Below, one piece after another: positions 1-9,195 of a DNA stretch of 39,047 nucleotides (the stretch's first letter is position 1; each line of letters opens with the position of its first letter). Origin of the DNA: a virus (lineage: Duplodnaviria > Caudoviricetes); the IMG/VR virus record IMGVR_UViG_3300020045_005806, positions 1 through 39,047 of that record. One strand, given 5' to 3'. Under the pieces are notes generated by a model that saw nothing but the letters and a program-made list of their open reading frames with translations, was not told the DNA's origin and searched no databases. Position numbers and translations under genes: made by a program.

Positions 1-30
1 TGACTGAATAGGCTTAAATTAGAGCATGAT

Positions 31-63
31 AAAAAGAAAAAGCCTAGCATTTCTGCTAGGCTT
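31..63 (-). terminator. Rho-independent terminator following the capsid gene remnant
   Basis: Perfect 10-bp stem AAGCCTAGCA(40-49)/TGCTAGGCTT(54-63); A-run at 31-41 gives a U-tract on the minus strand; duplicated at 38957-38989. Confidence 0.85.
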
Positions 64-99
64 AAAAAGGAGTATCCGAGAACTTGAGCTTAGATGCTA

Positions 100-120
100 T
101 TACAGACCATCAGCATAAGC
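100..120 (-). pseudogene. C-terminal remnant of major capsid protein (DUF2184-type), AYADGL*
   Basis: Minus strand reads GCT TAT GCT GAT GGT CTG TAA, like the A-Y-x-D-G-[IL]-stop ending of DUF2184 capsids; followed on that strand by a terminator and the usual post-capsid genes. Confidence 0.65.
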
Positions 121-1276
121 AGTCAGTGCTGATTTCTTAACTTCAACAAATGAATACAAAGCTGCTTCTAAATATTTTGGACAAGAAAGAAAGCCTAAGC
201 AAATCATGATCGGCAAACGCCTTGCTGCTGTTGCTCAAGTAAACACCATTACAGTGTTGAACGCTGTTGATGGAGCTTTCACAGTAACTCTTAATGGTGT
301 TGCGTTTACATTTGTTGCTGCTGGTAATACAGTGACACAAATCAAAGATGGTCTAGTTGCCCTTATCAATGCTGGTTCTGAACCAGTAACAGCAGCTTCA
401 TCTGGTGCTTCTACTTTCACCCTTACTGCTGATGTTGCAGGTACTTCTTTTACCAGCACTCTCACAGTCAATATGTCTCAAGTCTTTACAACTGCTAACC
501 ATGGCATCATTGAAGACCTTCAAGAGATTGTTGCACTTCCTGGTGGTAATGATTGGTACTCGCTTTCAATCGAAACACGTACTCAAGGTGACATCCTCAA
601 TGCCGCTTCTTACATTGAAACTCAACGTAAGATTTTCGGTGTTGCTTCAAACGAAGGTGGGATTAAAACAGGTTCAACAACTGATATTGCAAGTAAGCTT
701 GAAGCACTTTCTTACTCAAGATCATTTGTGTTTTTCTCAGAAGATCAGGCAAACTATCCAGAGGCAGCAGTCTTTGGTGTTATTAACCCACTTGATCCAG
801 GTTCTTATACTGCCAAATTTAAAACGCTTGTGGGCATTGTTGCAGATGATCTTAATGACTCTGAACTTGCTTTCATCAAAGGAAAATCTGCCAACTACTA
901 CACCAAAGTTGCTGGTGTGGACATCTTCCAAGAGGGCACTGTTGCTGTTGGCGAATACATTGACACCATCATCTTTGTTGACTGGTTGCAAGCTCAAATT
1001 GAAGAGGGCATTTTTGCAGACCTTATCAACAATCCTAAAATTCCTTTCACTGACATCGGTGGTGCAGTTCTTGAAAAACAAGTTCGTGCCCAACTTCAAA
1101 AAGGAATTCGTGTTGGTGGTCTTGCTGCTGATCCAGCACCGACTGTTACAGTTCCTAAAGTTGCTGATATTGACCCACTTGATAGACAAGCACGTATCTT
1201 CAAAACAATTGAATTCGCAGCAAACCTTGCTGGTGCAATTCACTTCACTGAAGTTCGTGGTGTAGTGTCAGTTTAA
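119..1276 (+). CDS. Tail sheath protein (DUF3383-like), N-terminally truncated
   Basis: Frame is open from 119 (AVSADFLTSTNEYKAASKYFGQERKPKQIMIGKR, a conserved internal sheath motif) after TAA 116-118, with no start before 206; C-terminal KIPFTDIG...LAGAIH motifs; precedes the tube gene. Confidence 0.9.
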   Translation, partial: AVSADFLTSTNEYKAASKYFGQERKPKQIMIGKRLAAVAQVNTITVLNAVDGAFTVTLNGVAFTFVAAGNTVTQIKDGLVALINAGSEPVTAASSGASTFTLTADVAGTSFTSTLTVNMSQVFTTANHGIIEDLQEIVALPGGNDWYSLSIETRTQGDILNAASYIETQRKIFGVASNEGGIKTGSTTDIASKLEALSYSRSFVFFSEDQANYPEAAVFGVINPLDPGSYTAKFKTLVGIVADDLNDSELAFIKGKSANYYTKVAGVDIFQEGTVAVGEYIDTIIFVDWLQAQIEEGIFADLINNPKIPFTDIGGAVLEKQVRAQLQKGIRVGGLAADPAPTVTVPKVADIDPLDRQARIFKTIEFAANLAGAIHFTEVRGVVSV

Positions 1277-1306
1277 TTTTTAACAAACAATAGGAGATAA
1301 CAAATT

Positions 1307-1729
1307 ATGAAAACTTATGACTTTAAACAAGTTGCTTGTATCGTAGGAAAAGACATCATCACTGGATTTGCTGAAGGTGATGATGCAATCTCGATTGAAT
1401 TTCTTCAAGAGGATTGGCAGCTTACTGTTGGTGCAGATGGTGAAGGTACTCGTGCCAAATCAAACAATTCTGCTGCCCGTGTAACTCTCAAGCTCATGCA
1501 GACTTCAGATGCAAATGATCTTATGAACGCTTACTACCAGTCAGACAAACTCAGTAACTCAGGACTTTTCCCATTCATGTTGAAAGACAACAATGGTAGA
1601 GAGCTTCATGTTGCTGAACAGATGTTCATTGAAAAACGTCCTGACCCTACTCATGGTCAAAATGTTAATGAACGTGAATGGGTTCTTCTGACTGATTCAA
1701 TGAATTCTAACTTTGGTGGGAACGGCTAA
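1307..1729 (+). CDS. Tail tube protein (DUF3277-like)
   Basis: MKTYDFKQV, VGADGEG, LKLMQTSDAN motifs; AGGAG RBS; follows sheath. Confidence 0.9.
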   Translation: MKTYDFKQVACIVGKDIITGFAEGDDAISIEFLQEDWQLTVGADGEGTRAKSNNSAARVTLKLMQTSDANDLMNAYYQSDKLSNSGLFPFMLKDNNGRELHVAEQMFIEKRPDPTHGQNVNEREWVLLTDSMNSNFGGNG

Positions 1730-2145
1730 TGCAAAATTTTAAGCAAGTAACTATTGGTGAAAAGCAATACACCATAAAAATGTTCTCTCCAACTTATGCA
1801 ACAAAGCTTTTTGCAAGGCTTGTTAAATTGATTGGGGCACCACTTGCTCTTATGGCCGATGCAAAAGATGCTGAAGGTAAGGAAGGCGAGATGATGAGTA
1901 AGGCACTCATTGCTTTGAGTGCCAATTTAAAAGAAGATGAATTTGAAACTTTGATCAAAGATTTACTGGCCGGTGCCATATTTGAGAATCAACCTGTGAA
2001 CACCATATTTGATAAACACTTTAGCGGTGGTATTGGGTATGCGTTTATTATCGCAGGGGAGGTAATCAAATATAACTACAAAGATTTTTTGTCCGTTCTG
2101 CCAGGAGGAAAAAACCTACTGGCAACTCAGGCAATGGATCAGTAA
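1729..2145 (+). CDS. Tail assembly chaperone (G)
   Basis: Lies between tube and tape measure; NYKDFL ending with slippery site. Confidence 0.85.
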   Translation: MQNFKQVTIGEKQYTIKMFSPTYATKLFARLVKLIGAPLALMADAKDAEGKEGEMMSKALIALSANLKEDEFETLIKDLLAGAIFENQPVNTIFDKHFSGGIGYAFIIAGEVIKYNYKDFLSVLPGGKNLLATQAMDQ

Positions 2146-2318
2146 AAATACCGGACGGTATTGAATGGATGGTGTGGCGAATTATCTTAGAGAGAATCGC
2201 CACACTTGAAGAGATTGAAACTCATTATTCATTACTGGATTTGCTTGATGCTAACATTGCACTGGACTTCAAAGAGGAGATGGTAGCAAAAGCAAATAAA
2301 CCCAAAGGGAAGAAGTAA
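2085..2318 (+). CDS. -1 frameshift extension of tail assembly chaperone (GT)
   Basis: T TTT TTG at 2085-2091; -1 frame is open to TAA 2316-2318 and encodes WRIILERIATLEEIETHYSLLDLLDANIALDF; stop overlaps tape measure ATG. Confidence 0.85.
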   Translation, partial: FFVRSARRKKPTGNSGNGSVKIPDGIEWMVWRIILERIATLEEIETHYSLLDLLDANIALDFKEEMVAKANKPKGKK

Positions 2319-3910
2319 TGGCAACAATTAGAGAATTAATCACCAGATGGACTTTTGACATTGATGATAAGCCAATCAAAGATGTTGAAAGTAAATTTTC
2401 TGATCTTACTTCATCCGTTAAAACATTGTCCATTGGCATTGCAGGTGTTTCAGCTTCCATTTTTGGCTTTGTAAAACTATCAGCAAATGCAGGTGAGCAA
2501 GTTGATAACCTTTCTCAAAAGTTTGGTATATCAGCACAAGCTTTTCAAGAACTTCAATTTGCTGCTCGTGGGGAAGCTCAAGCTCTCACCGCTTCTTTAG
2601 GCATATTCAGCAAAAACATTATCGCTGCAAGAGATGGAACGGATGCACAATCCCAAGCTTTCAAAAAGCTTGGTGTAAGTATTAAAGACCCAAATGGCAA
2701 ATTAAAATCAACTGAACAGTTAATTACTGAAGCAGCAGGTGGGTTTAAAAGATTAGAAAACGGTGCTGAAAAAACTGCATTATCAATGACTTTATTTGGT
2801 AAGTCGGGTGCTGATCTTCTTCCATTCCTCAATCAAGGTTCAGAAGAGATTGCAAGGCTTAGACAAGAGGCAATTGATACTGGTGCAGTTCTCAGTGATG
2901 ATGCAATCAAAGGTGCTGCTGCTTTTAATGATTCTCTTGATGATCTTATGAACACCATTAAGGGTGTTGGAGTTTCATTTGCCGCCGAATTGTTTGGCCC
3001 TGTTGGTGACATCATAAAGCAATTCAAACTTTTCATTGTTCAAAACAGAAAATTAATTGGTCAACGTTTAGGTGAAGTCATCAGAGGGCTTGCATCTTTT
3101 CTAGGCATTGCAGTTAAATTTGCAGTTCAATTAGTTGACGCTGCTATAGGTTTGTCAGAAGCATTTGGTGGATTGGGGAATGTTCTTAAATGGGTAGGAA
3201 TTGGGTTTGCCATTTTCACAGCAGGAAAAATCTTGTTTGGAATTGGTTCAATGATTCTTGCAATTGGAAGATTGGGAACTGCCTTCACCATCATGAACGC
3301 TAAAGCTCTTTTAATTCCAATTTTAATTGGTGCAGCGATTGTTGCGCTTGGATTAATCATTGAAGATATTGTAGCTTTCTTCCAAGGGCGTGACTCAGTA
3401 ACAGGTGTCATTGTTGAAAAGTTCAAAACCATGTTTGCATTTTTGCAGGATGGGTTCAGTAAGTTTGGTGTAGTAGGAAAATCTGCAATTGTAATTTTAC
3501 TCACACCACTTAGAGCAATCATAAATACATTCCAAAACCTTTTGAACCTGATTGATGTGTTCAGAGGTAAGATGTCCTTAAAAGAATTTGGTGGTAAGAC
3601 ACTGAAGAATTTTGCAAACACGTTCGGCTTTGGTGGAGCAAATGAATCTTTATCAGGTGCCATAGGTCTTAACGATACTGCAAGTGCATCAAGTGCTGCT
3701 GGTATCGCACCAACACCAGGTGCAGGAGTTCTTGCGCCTTCCAACTCTTCTAACCAGAGCAACACATTTAACGTTGATGTTTCTGTTGAAGCAGGTGGGC
3801 GTGAAGATGCTGCTGTTGTTGGCAGACAGGTGGGCAACAAAACAGCAGGTGAACTTGATTCACTTATGCGTGACACTTTTAGAACATTTCAAGGTGCAGG
3901 AGGGTATTAA
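2318..3910 (+). CDS. Tape measure protein
   Basis: 530 aa, Ala/Gly-rich helical, LFGKSGADLLPFLNQG motif, hydrophobic middle segments, position. Confidence 0.9.
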   Translation: MATIRELITRWTFDIDDKPIKDVESKFSDLTSSVKTLSIGIAGVSASIFGFVKLSANAGEQVDNLSQKFGISAQAFQELQFAARGEAQALTASLGIFSKNIIAARDGTDAQSQAFKKLGVSIKDPNGKLKSTEQLITEAAGGFKRLENGAEKTALSMTLFGKSGADLLPFLNQGSEEIARLRQEAIDTGAVLSDDAIKGAAAFNDSLDDLMNTIKGVGVSFAAELFGPVGDIIKQFKLFIVQNRKLIGQRLGEVIRGLASFLGIAVKFAVQLVDAAIGLSEAFGGLGNVLKWVGIGFAIFTAGKILFGIGSMILAIGRLGTAFTIMNAKALLIPILIGAAIVALGLIIEDIVAFFQGRDSVTGVIVEKFKTMFAFLQDGFSKFGVVGKSAIVILLTPLRAIINTFQNLLNLIDVFRGKMSLKEFGGKTLKNFANTFGFGGANESLSGAIGLNDTASASSAAGIAPTPGAGVLAPSNSSNQSNTFNVDVSVEAGGREDAAVVGRQVGNKTAGELDSLMRDTFRTFQGAGGY

Positions 3911-4614
3911 TGGCACTCCTAAGTTTAATCACTCAGAACAAACCACAACGTGTAGGCTTTTCAAGTAAAGAATCAGGCAATGACCTGTTCTTAGTTGATG
4001 CCACTATTTCAGATAATTATGACATCACATCAGAAGTGTCTGACTCTCCTGTAGAAGATGGGCCTGATGTTTCAGACCACGCAAGAATCAAACCAATTAC
4101 ATATTCTATTGAAGGTGAAATTTCTGAAACACCTTTAAACCTTGCTGCATCTCTTCAAGCTCTTACCACAACAGCAGGTGCTACTGTTGGTAGAGAGTTG
4201 GGAGGCTTTGGACAATCAGTAGGTGGTGCTGCTGGTGGTTTATTTGGTGCAAGACTTCTGCAAGAGTCATCTAATCCAGCAAAAGTTGCTCGTGATAAGC
4301 TTGAAGAACTCATTCAAAACAGAATCATTTTCACTATTGTTACAAAGAATAAAAGACTTGAAGACATGATTTTGACTTCAATCCGTTTTCCACGTTCACA
4401 AGGTGATGGAAAAAAGCTCAAGTTTTCTGCAACAGCTAAACAGATTAGGATTGTAAAATCTCAAACTGTTCTAATTAAAAACCTTGCAAAAAGTGTTTCT
4501 AATTCTGCTGCTAAAAAACAAAAGCTTGGGAACCTTCCCACAACAACACCAACTGCTGATGTTGAGAAAGGTTCAAGTGTCCTATTTAAAGGTCTAAAGT
4601 TCTTTGGAGGTTGA
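3910..4614 (+). CDS. Baseplate/tail tube initiator (Dit-like)
   Basis: DAT...SPVEDGPDVSDH motif; directly after tape measure. Confidence 0.75.
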   Translation: MALLSLITQNKPQRVGFSSKESGNDLFLVDATISDNYDITSEVSDSPVEDGPDVSDHARIKPITYSIEGEISETPLNLAASLQALTTTAGATVGRELGGFGQSVGGAAGGLFGARLLQESSNPAKVARDKLEELIQNRIIFTIVTKNKRLEDMILTSIRFPRSQGDGKKLKFSATAKQIRIVKSQTVLIKNLAKSVSNSAAKKQKLGNLPTTTPTADVEKGSSVLFKGLKFFGG

Positions 4615-4616
4615 TA

Positions 4617-4955
4617 ATGGCTTTTGTACAATTGCCAGTTAGAACAGATTTGCCAGCGTATGACATCCAAACTGAACTAGATGGTGTTCTTTATACGTTA
4701 GGCTTTTCTTATAATGCTCGTGCTGGTTATTGGGTAATGGACATTTCAGATGCAAATGAAACTCCAATCTTAATGGGAATTAGAATCATTTCAGGGTGGT
4801 TATTAACAGACCGTTTTGTAATGGACAACCTTCCACCAGGTGATTTCTTTGTATTTGATACCTCTGGAAAAAATGCTGATCCACTTCAAGATGATTTTGG
4901 AACCACAAAACTCATGATGTATGCAGACGCAAGTGAGGCAGCGAGTGGCCAATGA
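4617..4955 (+). CDS. Baseplate plug-like protein
   Basis: LDGVLYTL...YNARAGYWVMDISD motif; GGAGG RBS before ATG 4617; synteny. Confidence 0.7.
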   Translation: MAFVQLPVRTDLPAYDIQTELDGVLYTLGFSYNARAGYWVMDISDANETPILMGIRIISGWLLTDRFVMDNLPPGDFFVFDTSGKNADPLQDDFGTTKLMMYADASEAASGQ

Positions 4956-5757
4956 TATTCTGTTTAACAGAAAAGCATCTTTTCAATTTGGTCTGCCAGG
5001 TCAACTCGGAAAATATTATAGTGGTTTACGCCTTCGTTTTAAGATCATCAAAACAAGTGATTCTAAGCCCAATAAATCAAACGTCCAGGTGTACAACCTC
5101 ACAAAAGAAACTCGCACTCTGGCAGAAAAAAAAGGACAGGTGTTTATCCTCAGTGCTGGATACGAGAACACCGAGGAAGTTCTATTTAGTGGAGATGTTG
5201 CAAGAATCATAACAGAACTTGATGGGCCAGATTATGTAACCACTTTTGAGGCAGGTGACGGTGAAAAAGCTTTTCAAACTGCTAGACTTGAAAAGTCTTT
5301 TCAAGAGGGTGTGGACATCAAAGACGTTTTCACTGATCTTATTGGATCACTTGGAAAAACCATCAAAGATATTTCTTCTATTAAATCTAGTAAGATTGTT
5401 AATGGAATTTCTTTGTCTGGCCTTTCTCGCACTCACATGGATGAACTGACAAACCGTTATGGTTTGGAATGGTCTATTCAAGATGGTGGGGTTCAAGTTA
5501 TTGAAGCAAGAAAAGCCACTAAAGAATCAGCAATTCTTTTGAGCGTGGATAGTGGTCTTATTGGTGTTCCTAAAAAGAAAGAAGATGGTTCAATTGATAT
5601 TGTCTCTTTACTTCAACCACAAATTAGACCTGGCAGAATCATAAGCCTTGAATCAAAATTCATTACAGGGCAATTTGTTTGCAGAAAAGTAACTCACACA
5701 GGAGATACCCACGGTCAAGATTGGTATTCACAAATTGAGGCAATAGCAAAAACATGA
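4945..5757 (+). CDS. Baseplate hub protein
   Basis: VYNL, LSAGY, WSIQDG, SGLIGVP, HTGDTHGQDW motifs; GTG 4945 follows GAGG. Confidence 0.8.
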   Translation: MANDILFNRKASFQFGLPGQLGKYYSGLRLRFKIIKTSDSKPNKSNVQVYNLTKETRTLAEKKGQVFILSAGYENTEEVLFSGDVARIITELDGPDYVTTFEAGDGEKAFQTARLEKSFQEGVDIKDVFTDLIGSLGKTIKDISSIKSSKIVNGISLSGLSRTHMDELTNRYGLEWSIQDGGVQVIEARKATKESAILLSVDSGLIGVPKKKEDGSIDIVSLLQPQIRPGRIISLESKFITGQFVCRKVTHTGDTHGQDWYSQIEAIAKT

Positions 5758-6389
5758 GTGAAACACCTACACTAGATAAGATTATTTTAATGGGTATTGA
5801 ATCAAGATTGTTTGATCTTCATACTTGTTTACCTGCTGTTGTTGAAAAATACAATAAAGCAAAAAACACTGTTGATGTTACACCATCGTTAAAACGTAAA
5901 TATGAATCAGGTGATATTGTAAATTATCCAGTGATTCTAAATGTTCCTGTTGCCTTCCCTCGTGGAGGAAGCTTTTCAATTACTCACCCGATTAAAAAAG
6001 GTGATTCAGTAATTTTAGTTTTTGCTGAACGCTCACTTGATGTGTGGAAAAAGTCAGGTGGAATTGTTGACCCACAAGACCCACGCAAATTCAATGTAAC
6101 AGATGCGTTTGCAATCCCTGGTGGATACCCTGAAAACAAACCAGTGGCAGGTGCCTCTGATTCTGCTGTAAGAATTATCAATGGTGATTCACTTATTGAG
6201 CTTACTGAAGATGCCAAATTTAAGATTCAAAAAATGGGTGGAGATGACTTTTTAAAACTCATGAGTGACACCCTTCAAGCAATCATTGATGCCAGAACCA
6301 TGACTTTGATGGGGCCACAACCTTTCTTGAATCTCGCAACTTTCATTCAATTAAAAGCAAAACTTGATGCAATAAAAGGACAAGCATGA
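5754..6389 (+). CDS. Baseplate central spike (Gp138-like N-terminal domain)
   Basis: LHTCLPA, NVPVAFPRGG, PIKKGD, FAERSLDVW, DAFAIPG motifs. Confidence 0.85.
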   Translation: MSETPTLDKIILMGIESRLFDLHTCLPAVVEKYNKAKNTVDVTPSLKRKYESGDIVNYPVILNVPVAFPRGGSFSITHPIKKGDSVILVFAERSLDVWKKSGGIVDPQDPRKFNVTDAFAIPGGYPENKPVAGASDSAVRIINGDSLIELTEDAKFKIQKMGGDDFLKLMSDTLQAIIDARTMTLMGPQPFLNLATFIQLKAKLDAIKGQA

Positions 6390-6667
6390 GCTTAGATAAA
6401 GACCGTCTAGGAACTGCACTTTGGAACAGAATTAAAGCTGATTCTGGTGGGTACACACCTGCGATTGGGCCAGTTCAAGATGCTCAAGGTCTGCTTATTT
6501 GGAAGGGTATTGCTGATGAAATTATAAAAGAGTTTGATGTGAACGCTTCCATCAATCTTTTAGCAGCAGATATTTTGGTTGATCCAGGTACATTTGCAAA
6601 TCTTGGTGGGCCAGTTGTTGGTGTTGGTTCTATTCAAGCAGTAACCCTTACAGGAAAATTAGAATGA
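6386..6667 (+). CDS. Hypothetical virion protein, possible spike tip
   Basis: Coupled by ATGA overlaps between spike and wedge genes. Confidence 0.5.
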   Translation: MSLDKDRLGTALWNRIKADSGGYTPAIGPVQDAQGLLIWKGIADEIIKEFDVNASINLLAADILVDPGTFANLGGPVVGVGSIQAVTLTGKLE

Positions 6668-7029
6668 GTGACATAACAATGAAGGAAGATGGTTCTGGTT
6701 TGGTGATCACCAATGGAGATTTGGTGTTAACGCAAGGTGCAGATGCAGTAAAGCAGCACATCACTCAGAGATTAAAGATGTTTACTGGTGAATGGTTCTT
6801 GAATCTTTCAGAGGGTGTGCCATACTTTCAGAACATTTTAATCAAGAACCCTAACCCTGATGTAGTGGATGGGCTTTTAAAAAGCACCATTCTAGCAACA
6901 CCAGGTGTGGATGAACTCTTGTCATTTGATTTGGACTATGATGCTGCTTTGAGAAAGCTTACAGTTGATTTTAGCGTTAGGGTGCTAGATACTGTAATAG
7001 ACTTTGAAAATTTAACTTTGGGAACTTAA
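6664..7029 (+). CDS. Baseplate wedge / sheath initiator (gp25/DUF2634-like)
   Basis: QRLKMFTGEWFLNLSEGVPY and ILATPGV motifs. Confidence 0.8.
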   Translation: MSDITMKEDGSGLVITNGDLVLTQGADAVKQHITQRLKMFTGEWFLNLSEGVPYFQNILIKNPNPDVVDGLLKSTILATPGVDELLSFDLDYDAALRKLTVDFSVRVLDTVIDFENLTLGT

Positions 7030-7040
7030 AGGAACATACC

Positions 7041-8495
7041 ATGGCGTTTGGTGTTACCCCACAAGGGTTTATTAAGAAGAGGCAGATTGATGTTAAGACT
7101 GAAATCGAAAACTCTTTACGTGCTGCTTTAGGTAAGAACCTCAACCTACTTTCTGCATCAGTCTTTGGTCAAATCATCGGCATTTTTTCTGAACGTGAAT
7201 CACTTCTATGGGAAGCACTTGAAGGTGCTTATAATTCTCAATACCCTGATACTGCTGATGGAGTTTCATTAGACAACGTAGGTGCTATTGTTGGTATCGC
7301 AAGAATTCCAGCAAGGGCAACTGTTCAACAAAACCTTCACCTATTTGGAACAGCAGGAACTTTGGTTCCTCAAGGCACTCAAGTTTCAGTTCCAAATGTC
7401 ACTGATGCAGTTTTTACAACTGATGCTGATGTTGTTTTAGGTGTTGGTGTTGATGAAGTTCAACACATTGCTTTCTCTGGTGTGCCTGTTGCAGGTTCAT
7501 GGAGACTTAAATATCTTGATGAACTCACCACACTTTTAGCTTTCAATGCAAACGCTGCTGCTGTTCAGGCAGCTTTAAATGCACTTCTTAATCTTGAAGA
7601 TATTGTTGTCACTGGTGATTACACTGTTGGGTTTGATGTTACTTTTGCAGGTGAGTCAGGAAAAATTGATCACTCAATGCTTGAGTTTTTGGATAACACT
7701 TTAGGTGTAACAATCCTGATCACTCAAACAACAGCAGGTGTTCCTCAAGCGGTGGTTGATGCCACTTGTGTAAATACTGGCCCTATCCCTTCGTTTGCAT
7801 TTTCACTTACAAACATTGTGAACCCTGTTCCAGGTCTTGACTCCATTGTAAACACAACTGATGGTGTACTTGGAAGGAACATTGAAACTGATACTGAATT
7901 CAGAAAGCGCAGAAATGAGTCACTTCAGATTGCTGGATCAGCAACAGTTGATGCAATTCGTGCAGAACTTTTGCAAGTTGAAGGTGTTAATCAGGCAATT
8001 GTTTTTGAAAACACAACATTCATAACTGATGTGAACGGCTTACCAGGTAAGTCTTTTGCTGCTTATGTTGATGGTGGAGACAACCAGGATATTGCAGACA
8101 CCATTTTTGCTACTAAACCAGCAGGAATTGAAACGTTTGGTAACATCACAGAGCAGGTAACTGACTCTCAAGGGTTTATCCACAACGTAGAATTCTCAAG
8201 ACCAACACCAATTTCTATTTGGATTGAACTTGATATTTCAACAGGCCCAACATTTATTGCAACTGCTGCTGAAATCCAACAGCTTATTGTTGATTATGGT
8301 AATGCGCTTGGAATTGGAACAGACATCATTGTAACACCTGATCTTGTGTGTGCCCTTGATGCAATTGAAGGCATTACAGATGTTGAAATCAGAATTGGTT
8401 TTGCACCTGCTCCTACACTTGATAACAACTTAACGATTGCACCACAAGAAATTTCACAGTGGGCAATTGGAAGAACAGCGGTGAACTTAATATGA
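7041..8495 (+). CDS. Baseplate J-like wedge protein with an inserted domain
   Basis: GVTPQGF, PDTADGVSLD, GRNIETDTEFRKRR, KPAGIETFG motifs. Confidence 0.9.
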   Translation: MAFGVTPQGFIKKRQIDVKTEIENSLRAALGKNLNLLSASVFGQIIGIFSERESLLWEALEGAYNSQYPDTADGVSLDNVGAIVGIARIPARATVQQNLHLFGTAGTLVPQGTQVSVPNVTDAVFTTDADVVLGVGVDEVQHIAFSGVPVAGSWRLKYLDELTTLLAFNANAAAVQAALNALLNLEDIVVTGDYTVGFDVTFAGESGKIDHSMLEFLDNTLGVTILITQTTAGVPQAVVDATCVNTGPIPSFAFSLTNIVNPVPGLDSIVNTTDGVLGRNIETDTEFRKRRNESLQIAGSATVDAIRAELLQVEGVNQAIVFENTTFITDVNGLPGKSFAAYVDGGDNQDIADTIFATKPAGIETFGNITEQVTDSQGFIHNVEFSRPTPISIWIELDISTGPTFIATAAEIQQLIVDYGNALGIGTDIIVTPDLVCALDAIEGITDVEIRIGFAPAPTLDNNLTIAPQEISQWAIGRTAVNLI

Positions 8496-9172
8496 TTCAG
8501 CAAATAACTGATCATGCAATTAAGGCACGTAGGAGATTGTTAGAACAGTACAAAAGCAATCCAGAACTAGGCGCAATCCTAGATTCTTTTAATGCTCAAG
8601 TTCAAGAACTTGAAAATACAATTGTTGATTTGAACACACGCCTTGATATTAACAACATCAGCGGTGCTTTACTTGATGCCTTTGGAACCATTGTTGGTCA
8701 ACCAAGGCTTAATTATGATGATGTGTTTTACCGCATCTTGCTTCTTATTAAGATTGGTAAGAACACTTCACAAGGTACACCAGAGAACGCTGTTCAGATT
8801 TATAAGCTCATCACTCAGGCAGCTAAGGTTCAATATCAAGAACTTTATCCAGCAGGAATTTTCTTGATGTCTGATGGTGTAATCAATCCAGTAACAGAAA
8901 GTTTTGTTTTTGAAAACATTGGGGATGTCTTACCAGCAGGTGTAAGGCTTGACCATTTTGGACAATTTGAATCTTCAGAAGCATTTGCATTTGAAGGTGA
9001 TCCAGCAACAACAGATGGTTTTTCTGAAATTGCAAGCCCACTTGAAGGTGGGCAATTTGCTGGATTGTTCTTTAATAATGTTCCATTTGCTTTTGCAGGT
9101 AATGATTTGAACGCTCAAGGCTTTGGTAGCTGGACTGATCCAGTTGAAGGTGGGGCGTTTGTTAGTTTATAA
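8492..9172 (+). CDS. Baseplate wedge protein (DUF2612-like)
   Basis: LLEQYK, GALLDAFGTIVGQPR, LPAGV motifs; follows J. Confidence 0.8.
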   Translation: MIQQITDHAIKARRRLLEQYKSNPELGAILDSFNAQVQELENTIVDLNTRLDINNISGALLDAFGTIVGQPRLNYDDVFYRILLLIKIGKNTSQGTPENAVQIYKLITQAAKVQYQELYPAGIFLMSDGVINPVTESFVFENIGDVLPAGVRLDHFGQFESSEAFAFEGDPATTDGFSEIASPLEGGQFAGLFFNNVPFAFAGNDLNAQGFGSWTDPVEGGAFVSL

Positions 9173-9195
9173 TTTATTAAGAGGAGAAAAATAAC

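Larger units (their letters stand above)
1..121. repeat. 121-bp terminal direct repeat, copy 1 (probable assembler circularisation overlap)
   Basis: 1-121 is identical to 38927-39047. Confidence 0.95.

Noticed and set aside
1-121. Terminal repeat as a biological direct terminal repeat
   Set aside because: k-mer-like length, located within the head gene region and ending exactly at a chimeric junction; better explained as assembly overlap
405-1265. 286-aa alternate-frame ORF in the sheath, and antisense ORFs such as 3127..3876 and 24364..24705
   Set aside because: Shadows of codon bias in well-supported genes; no RBS or motif support
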